64,000 nt of DNA from Octopus vulgaris (Eukaryota). The DNA lies in contig OX597814.1 of assembly GCA_951406725.2 (NCBI GenBank), forward strand, positions 131,626,001 to 131,690,000. The letters run 5' to 3'. The notes under the pieces are model-generated. The model saw nothing but the letters and a program-made list of their open reading frames with translations, did not search any database and had not been told where the DNA came from. Positions 1-14,354 of the stretch are shown piece after piece; the stretch's first letter is position 1, and the number at the start of each line of letters is the position of its first letter. Position numbers and translations under genes: made by a program.

Positions 1-242
1 CTGTGAGCATTCCGAATGACCGTCGAATAAAAAACAGAACTCCGCGTGCTTTGTATATTAACATATTAATATATGTTTTATTTTGGGCAATTTTTATCCT
101 AATTAAATTCGTGCACGCATGTATTCATTGAAGTTTGCCTAACTTGAACATTTTCCATTTCATTTATCATACCTATCTAACGTCTCAGGTTCGACTTGAG
201 CACTTCTATGCGGTCAATGTGCTTCGTTAGAAAAATTCAGCT

Positions 243-567
243 ATCATCATCATCATCATCGTTTAACGGCCGTTTCCACGCTAGCATGGTTTGGACAGAC
301 GACCGGGGTCTGGGAAGCCAGGAGGCTGCACCAGGCTCCAGTCTAATCTGGCATTGTTTCTACAGCTGGATGTCTTTCCTAACGTCAACCACTCCGTGAG
401 TGTAGTGGGTGCTTTTTACGTGCCACCGGCACAGGGGCCAGAGGGGGCTGGCAAACGGCCACGATCGGTTGGTACTTTTACGTGACACCGACACGGACGC
501 CAGTCAGGGGGCGCTGGCATCTGCACGTTCGGACGGTGCTTTTAACGTGTCACCGGCACTGGTATCT
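243..567 (-). mobile_element. 3' part of a SINE-like retroposon with (GAT)n tail and internal ~63-bp tandem units
   Basis: (CAT)n at 244-260 reads as a (GAT)n tail on the minus strand. The motif GGTGCTTTT(T)ACGTGCCACCGGCAC recurs three times (~408, ~471, ~535). Confidence 0.55.
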
Positions 568-675
568 TAACAACAATTTCCATAAATAATACATATACGC
601 ACACACACACACAAACACACACACACACACATACATACATACATACATACATACATACATACATACATACATACA

Positions 676-756
<81 letters not shown>

Positions 757-1205
757 GAAGCTGTTTCTTTCTTTAAATTTTTTACAAGTACACCTTTACC
801 TTAATTAGGAATCCGAAGAAACGTTTTTAAAAAAATGTGTTTTTTCAAGGTGAGGTGCGAAACTGCATTAGCCTCCCCCCCCCACTTCACTATACAGAAA
901 AGTACAAGGAAACAAGTTTAGTGGGATGGGCACAATTGTATGGCTAAACCCACTTCCTGAATTCAAAACATCCGTTAAGAAAGTAACAAAGGCTATTTCG
1001 GTTCAGTTTGTGGTTATGAGCATGGGGTAGTGTAACTAGGTATGTGCGCACGCGTATGCCCTCGTGTTTGGGTGTGTGTGGGGGAACGTGCGTGAATAAA
1101 CTGGTATTCGCACTAAGTGTTCCCATTACTTCCGTATAGACGCGTATGTGCATGTGTATGTGTGTGTGCGTGAGTATGTGTGTGTGTGTACTGCATTATT
1201 GTTAG

Positions 1206-1244
<39 letters not shown>

Positions 1245-1509
1245 GTGTGTGTATTCCATACGTATGTGAATACACGCATATTTTCATTTCAAGCCTCTCC
1301 CATGGGGAAATCCCGCAATATCTTACAAATTTTCAATGTATCAAGAATCGACCTAAAGTACACTTAGTTTTCTTGCGGGAGGTGGGAAAACCCCAGCATT
1401 TCTAGGGTTTGATACAGCTCTGTGTGTATATATATATGTACGTATATGTATGTACGTATATGTATATGTATGTACGTATATATGTATATATGTAAGTATG
1501 TATGTATGT

Positions 1510-1976
1510 CTCTTCTATTTTTTTAATTATAAATCTTCCACCGAGGAGGGAGTCGGTTTCTAACAAAGATACAAGGCTCCATCTTTGGGATGTAGTTAAC
1601 ACAGACAAATTCACATTTAGAACTTGAGAAAAATCTTGCATATTTTTACTGTTCCACTCACAGATTGCACTTGTAAAGTTCGAATTAGCCGGTCGATTTC
1701 TCTTTCTGAAAATCCCAGTATATCCAGATTCTCCTTTCAGCATTTACTAACAAAACCTAGTGCTCCAATTATTATTAGGATGAATATGAATTCATAGTCT
1801 GAATATAGAAGCTGGAGGTTTCAAAGCAGTTGTCCATAGACATCCTCTTTTCCTTTGATTTTCAAAGAGATATTTATATCTGCAGGGCAGCTGGCCTCTA
1901 TGACGGTACATATCTTTGCCCTTCTGTCCAGAACAACAAAATCCGACATGTTATGTTTACATTTGACAGAAGTTTT
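1510..1976 (-). mobile_element. 3' fragment of a restriction-like-endonuclease (RLE) non-LTR retrotransposon (R4/NeSL-type)
   Basis: Minus strand translates KCKHNMSDFVVLDRRAKICTVIEASCPADINISLKIKGKEDVYGQLL...YEFIFILIIIGALGFV...VQSVSGTVKICKIFLKF*, a degenerate PD-(D/E) RLE C-terminus, followed by a 3'UTR. (ATGT)n flanks both sides. Confidence 0.8.
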
Positions 1977-2035
1977 GTATGTGTGTATGTATGTATGTAT
2001 GTATGTATGTATGTATGTATGTATGTATGTACGCA

Positions 2036-3167
2036 CTAGCTGTTGGACCCAGCGTTGCTCGTGTTTTCCGTGTTGAAGTTAAGCCCACTTCTGACCTTGT
2101 ACTGAAATCTTCAACGTTCCCCGTGCCAACAATTACCCATTAAGATGTTACATCTGGTTCGGCAGGGATTTTACCCGGTTAACGCTTTCGACATACTCCT
2201 ACATACTGGGCCGTCTGAAATCGCAGTCAAACTTTTGGGTGTACCTCGACCCGTTGAGAGTGATGTTTTTTTTATATTTCTCTCCCCTTAATACCATCCT
2301 CTATTCAAAATTGATCAGCGTGTCCAATCTTAGCAAAATCCGAAGAAAATTGTTAAGGTTATGTCATAAAATAGAATCCATGTGACCATTTACATGAAAA
2401 TATCCCACTGGCTTTTAAATCCAAGTACATTATATGCATAATCGATGTTTCATATGTCGAAGTGCTTAATTTTATTCATGGGTCAATTTTCTTCAAAATC
2501 CTATGGGTAATTGTATAAAAAAAAGCCTATTGATTTCTTACAATCTCCCGCTCACGCGCAATTATCGATTACTGTAATGGACATGAAATATAATCACGTG
2601 TAAAATTTCTACAAAATCGATAAGAGCATCTCTAAGGAAATGCTTATTTGCATTTGTGCCCTTTTCAATTAGATAAACACCTTTACCGTCTCCCCACCAC
2701 AAAATTTACCTACATCTCAAATTTCATTAAAATCAGATAAAAATATAAAAGTTACAGCCAAAAATACGATCCCTATTAGTGTTTGGACGCAAAAAGACTA
2801 TTGATTTTATGAAACCACTGCTCAGGCGCAATTATCAATTTTTTGTCAACGGCATATACTGACATCAGCTCACTGCCATGAGCCTCGCTCACTCATCGAT
2901 TTTCATCAAAATCAGACAAAAAATGCAAAATCTGCTGGAAAACTGACATCGTTATGGCAATTTTCATTCAAACGCCCGATTGAGCTTACAAAAATCGATG
3001 CCAACTAAGCATTATCAAGTTTTCGAAAAGTTTCGACCTTATATGAACTTCAGAGCATGTGATCTACCTATGTGCAAAAAATCATTAAAATCAGTTGGAC
3101 GGTGTGGGAGGAGTTAGAATAACCCCAAACACACAGAGAGACACCATTACACATTTATGTACATAGA
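2036..3167 (-). mobile_element. Non-autonomous Helitron-like element, copy 1 of a tandem pair
   Basis: Minus strand starts TCTATGTACAT and ends CAACAGCTAG, with a GC-rich subterminal segment and a (GACA)-like repeat near the 5' end. Both ends are shared with 3168-3525. Confidence 0.65.
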
Positions 3168-3525
3168 CTAGCAGTTGGACCCGACGTTGCTCGTGTTTTC
3201 CGTGTTGAAGTTAAGCCCACCTCTGACCTTGTATTGAATAAGCATTTCCTTAGAGACTATTCTATCAATTTTGTTGAAATTTTACACTTGCAGAATGCAA
3301 AAGCTGCTGGAAAAATAACATCGTTATGGGAATTTTCATTCACACGCCTGATTGGGCTCACAAAAATCGATGCTAATTGAGTATTATTGAGTTTTCGAAA
3401 ACTTCCGGCCTTATGTGATGTACCTATGTGTAAAAAATTATTAAAATCAGTTGGACAGTGTGGCAGGAGTTAGAGTAACCCCACCCACACAGACAGACAG
3501 ACACCATTACACATTTATGTATATG
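3168..3525 (-). mobile_element. Non-autonomous Helitron-like element, internally deleted copy 2
   Basis: CTAGCAGTTGGACCCGACGTTGCTCGTGTTTTCCGTGTTGAAG matches 2036-2100. 3300-3525 matches 2930-3165. Confidence 0.65.
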
Positions 3526-3546
3526 CATGTATGTATTATGTAATTG

Positions 3547-3547
3547 C

Positions 3548-3645
<98 letters not shown>
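3547..3645. repeat. (TATC)n microsatellite
   Basis: Direct inspection. Confidence 0.95.
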
Positions 3646-3922
3646 GTGTGTGTGTATGTGTGTGCGTGTGCGCCTCTGTGTGTCTTCGTGTACCTCCGTG
3701 TGCCAATTATCCAATCTCCTCTAACCAAACTTCTAAAAAAGTTTTCACTGTTTCCTATATAATCTTAACCTTCACGGTCTTAAATGTATCTGTAGACTAT
3801 TTCATCGGAGAACATCCATTTTTTGGAAAGTTATGAAGAAACAAAAGCAGTGTATTGTACGAAGCGCAGAAAGCCGCTTTGCAAGCGAATAGTTTCGGGT
3901 TCAGTTTCGGGTTCAGTCCCAC

Positions 3923-3975
<53 letters not shown>

Positions 3976-3988
3976 ACGTACATAAATA

Positions 3989-4145
3989 AGTCGGGTTGCT
4001 TGGGAACGCAGCCCAAAGCGGGTGGTAAGCTCCATCCAAGGCTAAATACGGGGACGAGTCCGATAGCCGACAAGTACCGCGAGGGAAAGTTGAAAAGAAC
4101 TTTGGAGAGAGAGTTCAAGAGACCGTGAAACCGCCCAGGGGTAAA
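3989..4145 (+). pseudogene. Orphan 28S rRNA fragment (conserved core between expansion segments D1 and D2)
   Basis: AGTCGGGTTGCTTGGGAACGCAGCCCAAAGCGGGTGGTAA...CAAGTACCGCGAGGGAAAGTTGAAAAGAACTTTGGAGAGAGAGTTCAAGAG matches the conserved eukaryotic LSU rRNA segment. No other rDNA lies nearby. Confidence 0.9.
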
Positions 4146-4559
4146 GTTTGAGAAGGCGAACTGGCAGAAATGTCAGCACGCTGGGTGAAATGTTTAGCAG
4201 TATTTTATCTGTCTTTACGTTTTGAGAATCATCTGAAGCAGTCCACAACCACCAACATCACCAGCAGCATTGTCATTGATTCCACTTCAACCACATACAC
4301 CGCCATCAATGTTATCATAACGGTTACCTTGACAGTCACTTTCACCACCACAACCAGTATAACCACTGCAATACCACCATCACACAACTGACACTATCAT
4401 CAAAACCACTATTACCACCATCACCTCAGCATCACACATCACACTGCTCCTGTCGCCATTATAACCACCGATACTATTTTATCCTCCTCCCATACTTATC
4501 TCGACCATCGTCATCATCAACACTGTCTCTATACAGCAACGCCACCATAGGTTACGTGG

Positions 4560-4828
4560 AAACGATTTGTTTTCAAGGGAGATAATCAAAGAACGTAATG
4601 TCATACTTCATGTAAAGTAAATACAACAAATGAAAAATCTTTCAAGAATCCATAAAAATCTCCAGATCACTCCCAAAATTTCGTCATCTATTCCGTGTCA
4701 TTACTAACTTTTTCTGCAAGTTTCATCAAATATCGTTCTCAACTGTTTGAGTTATTTTGCACACAGACGGATAGACGGACAAACCAGCGCCAATGAAAAC
4801 ATTACCCCCTTCCTTGGCGGGGTAATAA
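4560..4828 (+). mobile_element. Partial Helentron/HINE-like non-autonomous element
   Basis: Shares GTAAAGTAAATACAACAAAT, AAGTTTCATC and a terminal hairpin followed by TAATAA with 58418-58952. Confidence 0.45.
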
Positions 4829-5156
4829 AAGATATAAATTAAGAAACACTGCAAGAGGAAAAAAAACAAAAAGAAAAAAGAAATATTCTATAAGGGAAAA
4901 GAAAAAAAAAATTCTATAAGGGAATTAATTACAATCATTTTTGAAGAGTAGCCTCCCTTGAAAATATTTTCTAGTTAATACGCAAGGTAAAATGTTTATA
5001 TTCCGAATTGCAGTTGATATTGCATGTCGTTCCTGATTGAAGACACAATAATCAGAGGCATCCTGACAATGATACGATGACCAGAAGCATTCCGACAATG
5101 AACATCTGCACGTAACTATAAACTCATATCTATATCTATCTGTAGGTATGTTTGTA

Positions 5157-5581
5157 TTCTCTTTTACTCTTTACTCTTTACTCTTTTACTTGTTTCAGTC
5201 ATTTGACTGCGGCCATGCTGGAGCACCGCCTTTAGTCGAGCAAATCGACCCCGGGACTTATTCTTTGTAAGCCCAGTACTTATTCTATCGGTCTCTTTTG
5301 CCGAACCGCTAAGTGACGGGGACGTAAACACACCAGCATCGGTTGTCAAGCAATGCTAGGGGGACAAACACAGACACACAAACATATACACACACACTTA
5401 TAAATATATATACATATATACGACAGGCTTCTTTCAGTTTCCGTCTACCAAATCCACTCACAAGGCATTGGTCGGCCCGGGGCTATAGCAGAAGACACTT
5501 GCCCAAGATGCCACGCAGTGGGACTGAACCCGGAACCATGTGGTTGGTTAGCAAGCTACTTACCACACAGCCACTCCTGCG

Positions 5582-5583
<2 letters not shown>
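5157..5583 (-). mobile_element. SINE family A (tRNA-derived head, CORE-like TTGGGCAAGT block, internal microsatellite slot, CR1-like tail), full length
   Basis: Minus strand reads GGCGCAGGAGTGGCTGTGTGGTAAG (A box), GGTTCAGTCCC (B box), TTGGGCAAGTGTCTTCT, then GGCGGTGCTCCAGCATGGCCGCAGTCAAATGACTGAAAC and a (AAGAGTA)n tail. About 20 copies occur in the window. Confidence 0.9.
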
Positions 5584-5674
<91 letters not shown>

Positions 5675-6874
5675 CAAAATAATAAATAAAACATATGCAT
5701 ATATGCATACATATATGTACGTACCTACATCTATCTATATATGTATGTATATATGCATGTTTTATTTATTATTTTATTATTATATAATGAAACGCCACGC
5801 ATCCTCTTCCAAGCATATACATATATATATTTATATTCATAGGTCAATATAAAGTTTGAGACACCTTAACGAAAAAAAAAAAAAAAAAAAACCAGCCTGC
5901 TAGGTGTTGAAAAGAGTGTTGAAAGCGAATATGGAAAAAAAAAAATGAAAATGCGCAAAAAACGTGGGGTTGTGGTGAGAGGACTTTCGGAAATTTCACA
6001 AGATTCGATTTTTCCCTCATAACTTTCAGGAAAATGGATATATATTGATGAAATTTTATAGAAATACCGTTCAAATGACGCAAATCACGATTATAAACAC
6101 GTTTCTGGGGGAGGACTGTTGGAAAATTCACTGTCTTTTCCCCTCATAACTTTCCGGATCTAGTTTAGCGCCTGGTCACCAAAACGCATTTTTTTTTCAC
6201 CGGATTCCTATGTTTTCGATGTCAGAGATTCCGAATATGCGAAAAACCACGTTTTCAAAATTTTAAATTCCACCCCGCCACCCACAAGTTTTTAATTTTT
6301 AACTTTTTTCGAAACTTCTTTTCAATCTACGTGGAAAAATACAGAGATTAGGAATATGGTGGTGGTGGTGGGGGACATTTTGATTTCAAATTTTTTTTAA
6401 TGAAAAACTCAAAAATTGATCAAAACCCCACCCGCCACCTCATCCCCCTGTTTAAAAGTGAAAATGAACGACTGTTTTATCTGTTTCCGCATGCGTAGAT
6501 TTATAGTGAAATAGCAAAAGGATCACGGAGTGTGAGGCCCTCACCACGAAACTCGATATGCTAAAAATAACAGCTAAACATCTGGAGAAATTTTGTGTTT
6601 GTGTGCACGCGCGTACAACAATTTCTACAGTTTATCCGAATGAACAGAGAAACAAGTACACAAAATATATTTTATATACGTCGGTTTTTTTTTTCGCTTT
6701 AAAGGTAAACGATTCAGTGCCAGTGTAGTATGTGATCTACATGCCAACTTAAATCTAGACTAGCTTGCGATCTGCAATCAAAATTTTGTTATAAATTTGT
6801 AATTATAAATAGTAAGTTAAACATTTAAAAAATAAAAGATTTTTATTTCACACTTGAAACATGAATACTGTGAC

Positions 6875-7088
6875 TCTCTTTTACTCTTTTTCTCTTTTAC
6901 TTGTTTCAGTCATTTGACTGCGGCCATGCTGGAGTACCGCCTTTAGTCGAGCAAATCGACCCCAGGACTTATTCTTTGTAAGCCTAGTACTTATTCTATC
7001 GGTGTCTTTTGCCGAACCGCTGAGTTACGGGGACGTAAACACGCCAGCATCGGTTGTCAAGCGATGTTGGGGGACAAACACAGCCACA

Positions 7089-7148
<60 letters not shown>

Positions 7149-7308
7149 GATAGTTATACATATATACGACGGGCTTCTTTCAGTTTCCGTCTACCAAATC
7201 CACTCACAAGGCTTTGGTCGGCCCGAGGCTATAGTAGAAGACACTTGCCCGAACCTGGAATCTAGTGTTTGGTAAGCAAGCTACTTACCACACAGCCACT
7301 CCTGCGCC
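6875..7308 (-). mobile_element. SINE family A
   Basis: Same head, body and tail as 5157-5583, with (CA)n in the internal slot. Confidence 0.9.
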
Positions 7309-7636
7309 TGTTTGTATACAGCACGGATATTATTTAAAAATGCAATAAAGAGAATCTGCTCATTTCATCTTGATATCTTCCAACAAGTGAAATCTAAATG
7401 AGATTGAAATGCTCGCAATGGAACACCTCTCACAAACTATACCATTTGAACTAATGTAGGTCACAAACTGTATCAGAAACATGTATGTAGGTCACATACT
7501 ACACCGGCACGCACCAACGATTCTGATAGATTCTGGTGTCAGTTCATTGGAGTAATCCCAACGAAATACTACAAGTTTAGTCACTGGCTCAGCACTTATG
7601 TTTGTGTTCTTTATGCCAAAATAATAAAAAACTTTA

Positions 7637-7690
7637 ACCAAAGCCTTGTGAGTGGATTTGGTAGACGGAAACTGAAAGAAGCCCGTCGTA

Positions 7691-7756
<66 letters not shown>

Positions 7757-7985
7757 TGTGTGTGTTTGTGTGTCTGTGTTTGTCCCCCTAGCATTGCTTG
7801 ACAACCGATGCTGGTGTGTTTATGTCCCCGTTACCTAGCGGTTCGGCAAAACAGACCGATAGCATAAGTACTGGGCTTACAAAAGAATAAAGTCCCGGGT
7901 TCGAGTTGCTCGATTAAAGGCGGTGCTCCAGCATGGCCGCAGTCAAATGACTGAAACAAGTAAAAGAGAAAAAGAGTAAAAGAGT
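7637..7985 (+). mobile_element. SINE family A, 5'-truncated
   Basis: Runs from ACCAAAGCCTTGTGAGTGG to GACTGAAACAAGTAAAAGAG, with (TA)n in the slot. Confidence 0.9.
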
Positions 7986-9589
7986 ATACTTTCAAAATGG
8001 GATTTCATCCATGTGATCCGCGTGCGTATATGTGTAAGTGTGTGCGTGTGGGGAGGGCTGTTGGTGCGCAAGAAAAACATTTCGGGCAATGATCTTGCAC
8101 AGTTATGCACATCTGAATTTCTTTTTAATTGTGACAATGAAGCACGCGGTTTAGTCCTTACTGCCAAAATTAATTTTTTTCTCTCTTTTTCAATATTCAG
8201 TTAAAAGAGAGAATATGTTGTTTTACCAACAACGTTAAAATTTTAGTAACAGAATAATCTACACGTGGTTGAAAAATATATTTAGTAGAGATGAGACAGA
8301 AGTTGTTGCTCTTCAATTAATATCGCAAACAGCAGAAGGTTTCTTCGGTTGAATACACGTCGTTGATTGATTAAAATCACCAAAATACAACTTTAATGCG
8401 AAATAGTTTCTAAAATACGAAGTTTTCTTAAAAATGTTGAAAGTAAGCCGTGTTCAGCGTGAGAAATTACACCAGTATACGAAGTTTCAAACTGTTTAGT
8501 TAAAAAAAGAATTTTTAAAAATCTGTGAGCTAAACTGAAGAGATCCCAGGAAGCGTTATACGGCCTAAGGCAGTAGTGGCCGTGTGGGAAACAAGTTTCT
8601 TACCACACGGCCTCGCTTGCGCCTATAGCTTTAAAAGAGCAATTTCTAATGGGCGCAGGTAGTTTATAATCATCAGCGCTGACAATAATCACGCAATGAA
8701 TTGAATCTTATTGTCCGCCGCCTTGCTGTAATTTATCTTTTACTTTTTATTTGTTCAGTCATTGTATGGCGGCCATACTGGGGCACCGCCGTGAAGAGTT
8801 TAGTCTAACAAATCGCTTCTAGTCGTTTCCGATTTAAGTCTGGTACCTATTCTATTGGCCTTTTTTGCCCAACCGCCCAACCGTCAAATTACGGGGTTGT
8901 AAACAAACCAACACCGATTGTGAAATAGCGATGGGGGAACAAACAAATACACACAGATGCACACACACACACACACACATGCATACACACACGCGCGCGC
9001 GCACACATGCACAGACGCTCATTTCTATATGACACATCCACTATATCCACTATCATCGTTTTCCAAATTCATTTTGAAGGAACTGGTCGGTTCGAGTTTG
9101 TAGTATTTACCCAAGGTGGTGTGCAGTGAGATTTTGCCGGAAACCAGTAGTTGCAAAGAAAGCTATTTAACCTCACAATCAAACAAAATCTATCTCTAAA
9201 AACAAAATTATTCCAACACACCTTCACTTCTGAGCTGGAGGAAGGAATAAAATAACAGGTGAATTTCGTCACATTTTCACAAAACTATTCGACTAAATAT
9301 TCTTTCGTTCTTTTTCTGTTTCCGTTTCCTGTTCTCTTTTCTTTTGTTTTCTTTCTTCTTTGTTTTTCTTTTTACCAGTTACAAAACTGAAAACTGATGA
9401 TGTCATTGTATCAAAATAGGAAAGCAGGATTTCCTCGTGTGTATATTTGAATATTTGTGTTTCTGCAGTTGTTTTTGAACTTCAAAAGGATAATCAGATG
9501 CCGAAATACCGTTCATACAGTTAAATAAACGGTTAACCTCTAGTGTTTGACCCGAGCCCCCCCCCCCAAAAAAAAAATGTAATAGGTGT

Positions 9590-10260
9590 GAAGACATAAA
9601 TGGAAAACAAGACAAACAACATAAAGAACGACCCATCATCAGTTGTTGGCTGTTTTTCTACTCTCGTATTTCGATTATTTAACACCAAAATACGCTTTCG
9701 ATAAAACAGTTGCTCCCGCAAAGCAAATTAATTAAAATTTGTGATTTTGCGGAGGATCAAAATTGGTGACACAAACAAGACAGTGAAAACAAACCGGTAG
9801 GTTTGCGAAGCTTAAACGAGGTTGTGTTGGCGAACGTGTAAATCAAGCTTGGACAGGAGACAGACAAGAACACGTCTTCCTTGCCCCAGTTACAACGGAG
9901 AGAAAGAAAGAAACACAAGTTAGGAGAAGAAAGAAAAATGGCCGACGGTCACGTGGGAGCCTTGCTCACGTGCCTCCAAGTGAAAGCTAGATAGCATTTA
10001 ATGTACAGTGTGGGAGCAACTGTTTATGGAAACGAGAGTACAAAAACAGCTAACAACTGATGAAGGGTCGTTCTTTATGTTGTTTGTCTTGTTTTCCATT
10101 TGTGTCTTTCGTCGTTCGAAAAAATAGTTCATATTCCATGTACTCGTACTTCGTATTTTGTGTTGTACACGTTTCGCGACGTTCTGTGTCCACATATGCA
10201 TATATATACATATATATACATATATATATATATATACACATATATATATATATATAAAAT
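9590..10260. repeat. Fold-back dispersed repeat (inverted arms ~9590-9720 and ~10010-10110); related copy at ~46530-46830
   Basis: AAATGGAAAACAAGACAAACAACATAAAGAACGACCC at ~9598 is the reverse complement of GGGTCGTTCTTTATGTTGTTTGTCTTGTTTTCCATTT at ~10065. CCCGCAAAGCAAATTAA is shared with ~46723. Confidence 0.7.
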
Positions 10261-10279
10261 AAATAAATTTGTGTGTGTA

Positions 10280-10705
10280 TTCTTTTGCTCTTTTATTCTT
10301 TTACTTGTTTTAGTCATTTGACTGCGGCCATGCTGGAGCACCGTCTTAAGAGGGTTTTTAGCTGAGGTAATCGACCCCAGAACTTATTCTTTGTAAGCCT
10401 ATTACATATTCTATTGGCTACTTTGGCCGAACCGCTAAGTTATGGGGACATAAACACCCCAACATTGGTTGCCAAGCAACGGCGGAGGGATAAACACAGA
10501 TTCAAAGACACACATAAATACACACACACGCACACATAGACATATATACGACAGGCTTCTTCCAGTTTCTTCCTAGCAAATCCACTCACAAGACTTTGGT
10601 CGGCCCGAGGCTACTGTAAAAGACACTTGCCCGATGTTCCATGCAGTGGGACTGAGTCCTGAACCATGTGGTTGTGAATCAAGTTTCTTATCACACAGCC
10701 ATTTA
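10280..10705 (-). mobile_element. SINE family A (diverged)
   Basis: Tail GTTTTAGTCATTTGACTGCGGCCATGCTGGAGCACCG through head CACACAGCCA. Confidence 0.85.
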
Positions 10706-10801
10706 CTGCTCCGTTAAGGTGGGATCGACAAAAATTGTACTCTACCCAGTGAAAGATAAATAGCATTGAATGTACACTGTATTAAAAGAATAACTACTTA
10801 T

Positions 10802-11435
<634 letters not shown>

Positions 11436-11721
11436 CTTATAGTTTCTTGCTATTGAGACACATGGTAGAGCAGATTTTTATAACGTGCCTTGTGTGTGCA
11501 AGCAATCCTTGAGCTCTGGGCACATAGTTTGTTCTATCTGAAAAAAAAAAACATAATCCACCAGAAAAAAGAGAGTGTCAACAGAAGGACGAGAAAGATT
11601 TTTTTCTCGTGGTTTCTCATGGACCAGCGTCCTGTTTTTCAAATAGACAAACCATGTACCTAGAGTCTGAAGTTTGCTCGGAGACAGAAGGCACCTTCTA
11701 AAATTTACCTGACCACATATA

Positions 11722-12130
11722 TATTTCTTTACTATCCACAATGGGTTAAACACAGAGAGGACAAACAAGGACAGACAAACGGATTAAGTCGATTATATCG
11801 ACCCCAGTGCGTAACAGGTCCTTAATTTATCGACCCCGAAAGGACGAAAGGCAAAGTCGACCTCGGTGGAATTTGAACGTAACGGCAGACGAAATACCTA
11901 TTTCTTTACTACCCTCAAGGGGCTAAACATAGAGGGGACAAACAAGGCCAGACATACGGATTAAGTTGATTACATCGACCCCAGTGCGTAACTGGTACTT
12001 ATTTAATCGACCCCGAAAGGATGAAAGGCAAAGTCGACCTCGGCGGAATTTGAAGTCAGAACGTTGCGGCAGACGAAATACTGCTAAGCATTTCGCCCGA
12101 CATGCTAACGATTCTGCCAGCTCGCCGCCT
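11722..12130 (-). mobile_element. SINE family B, ~1.5 tandem copies
   Basis: Minus strand reads GGCGGCGAGCTGGCAGAATCGTTAGC...TTCAAATTCCGCCGAGGTCGACTTTGCCTTTCATCCTTTCGGGGTCGAT...CCAGTTACGCACTGGGGTCGATG. More than 10 copies occur in the window. Confidence 0.9.
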
Positions 12131-12512
12131 TCTACCTGACCACATATTTTAATACAATGTATTAATGGCTTGTAGGTACGCAGTATTTCATTATGCAAGT
12201 CACAAATATGTACGTGCCAGCTTCCAGGAATGCGTTTAATATGTAAATTGTTATATCCAGTAACCAAACACCGCTGAATACAGTGGATATATAAGCAATA
12301 TGTTCGAGGATGTTTGAAGGGTTAAATTAGTGCTGATGAAGGGGTAAAACTCCGCGAAGTATAGCATATACACATATTACCCTTTTCTCATCTTCGATTT
12401 CATTGTTTGTTTACACCCGACGTCTCGTATACGAAACGTCGTGGCAAAAATCAGTGGTGGGTATAATTTCTATAGAGTATCTGTAGAGGTAACCAGAACA
12501 GTGTACATTAAA

Positions 12513-12569
<57 letters not shown>

Positions 12570-12684
12570 TGTATATATATAGATATATATATAAGTTCAG
12601 CAAAATTTAGATTCAGATGAATATGGTACTTAAGTCAGAGGCACCAGAATTTCGTATGGCATTATCCAAATAAATCCATGGATG

Positions 12685-13214
<530 letters not shown>

Positions 13215-13215
13215 G

Positions 13216-13278
<63 letters not shown>

Positions 13279-13281
<3 letters not shown>

Positions 13282-13697
13282 CGTGGTTGCGTGGTAAGTT
13301 GCTTGCTTATCAACCACATGATTCCGTGTTCAGTCTCACTGCGTGGCACCTTGGGCAAGTGTCTTCTACTATAGCCTCGGGCCGACCAAAGCCTTGTGAG
13401 TGGATTTGGTAGACGGAAACTGAGAGAAGCCCGTGGTATGTATGTATGTATGTATGTATGTATGTATGTATGTATGTATGTATGTATGTATGTATGTGTC
13501 TGTGTTTGTTCCCCCAACATCGCTTGACAACCGATGCTGGTGTGATTACGCCCCCGTAACTTAACGGTTCGGCAAAGAGACCGATAGAATAAGTACTAAG
13601 CTTAAAAAGAATAAGTTTTGGGGTCGATTTCTTCGACTAAAGGCGGTGCTCCAGCATGGCCGCAGTCAATTGACTGAAACAAATAAAAGAATAAAAG
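13279..13697 (+). mobile_element. SINE family A
   Basis: Head GGCGTGGTTGCGTGGTAAG to tail GACTGAAAC, with (TATG)n in the slot. Confidence 0.9.
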
Positions 13698-13804
<107 letters not shown>

Positions 13805-14354
13805 ATATACGGGGAAAAAAAGTCAAGGTAGAAAAGGCTAAGATAATTTTATAAATAACATTTCAGAACCGGTTTCAGGCATTGAGAAATTTTTCAACTA
13901 AGAGATATGGAAAACAATTAAACGTTGGAAAAGTTAAAAGAAATGTTTTTAAAAGAATATTTGCTTAGTATTCATATACAAGGGAATTTTCCTTGTATCC
14001 GCCTGTCTCTGTCTCTCTTGTTTACTCTTGTGGGTTCGAGGTCGTTGTAAATTCTTGGCATAAATATATATATATAAATATATATATATCTGCTTTTGTG
14101 TTTAATCGGCAGAAGTTATAAAAAGCTGAGAAATTGCCTATAAGTTAAGAGAGCTTCTATTTATAACGATAAATGATATATGACGATAAATATAACTATA
14201 TCTCAATTGTTCTAGATAAAATAAATAAGGAAAACAAAAAACGATTACGTTAATATAACAAGCACCAGTCATGTACAGGGATTGATGTAATCGACTCCCC
14301 GTTCCCTCAGTATTTCATATTTGTGCTTCTTGTGGAAAGGAGTCAATAAAATTA

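Noticed and set aside
3989-4145. Functional rRNA gene
   Set aside because: Only 157 bp, with no flanking rDNA; recorded as a pseudogene fragment.
5343-5852. Recurring peptide [15 protein letters not shown]...[10 protein letters not shown] that looks like a gene family
   Set aside because: It is the antisense translation of SINE family A.
10030-10075. GAAAC...CTGATGA arrangement suggesting a type II hammerhead; also isolated CTGANGA at ~8535, ~36660, ~42950 and ~45822, and on the minus strand at ~38780, ~55960 and ~60800
   Set aside because: The required stems could not be formed, and the 7-mer alone is expected by chance.
12325-12370. CTGATGA followed by hairpin GGGGT-AAA-ACTCC
   Set aside because: There is no GAAA or convincing stem I/III after it. 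It may be a relic hammerhead but cannot be supported.
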